From Catajapyx aquilonaris (Eukaryota): a stretch of 61,237 nt of DNA. The translations under genes were made by a program, and so were the position numbers. Each line of letters begins with the position of its first letter. Positions within the stretch are counted from its first letter, which is position 1. Shown one piece after another: positions 61,035 to 61,237 of this stretch. The DNA lies in contig JYFJ02002196.1 in the NCBI GenBank assembly GCA_000934665.2, positions 1 to 61,237 on the forward strand, given 5' to 3'. The notes under the pieces were generated by a model. The model worked only from the letters and a program-made list of their open reading frames with translations. It ran no database searches and was not told the DNA's origin.

Positions 61035-61237
61035 GGGGAGACGGAGTGGCGCTGCGGTAACGTACGCGCCCACGGATGTTAAGGTCCCGGGTTCGATCCC
61101 AACCCGGGGTTACCTCCTTCATCTCGTGCAGAGTTCTGGGGTCATCTATGGCTTCGTTTCGGGTGGTATTTCCAACAGACTAAACCACCCAGGGGAGCTC
61201 ACAAAATGACCGTATTAGCAGTGGCGCATCGTGGGGG
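61035..61237 (+). mobile_element. tRNA-derived SINE head, truncated by the window edge
   Basis: Pol III A-box TGGCGCTGCGG (61047-61057) and B-box GGTTCGATCCC (61090-61100) at tRNA spacing; no closing acceptor stem; GC-rich body continues. Confidence 0.65.

Overview
Eukaryotic, intron-rich DNA (mostly ~55-90 bp GT-AG introns). It is almost certainly arthropod: gustatory receptors with the TY-x5-QF motif, a divergent ionotropic receptor and an insect-type intron-containing tRNA-Tyr are present. I cannot name the species. The window is a patchwork of tandem gene families: nine glycoside hydrolase family 1 (GH1) genes (five secreted with a Cys-containing N-terminal extension and basic tail, three cytosolic, one signal-anchored), four secreted VPVYKK-repeat proteins, two identical tRNA-Tyr(GTA) genes flanking a decayed TFIIIC-subunit (GTF3C3) fragment plus a minisatellite, one divergent TGF-beta/BMP ligand, one intronless IR, four regucalcin/SMP-30 genes, two GRs, MITEs and a tRNA-derived SINE. 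The strongest direct observations are an intact GH1 gene that has lost both catalytic glutamates, a BMP-like ligand lacking the dimerisation cysteine, and the GTF3C3 fragment between the tRNA genes. A functional link between the glucosidases, lactonases and Tyr/Lys-rich structural proteins is only a hypothesis. Gene models and counts were made by hand, and family assignments rest on recalled motifs, not database searches.
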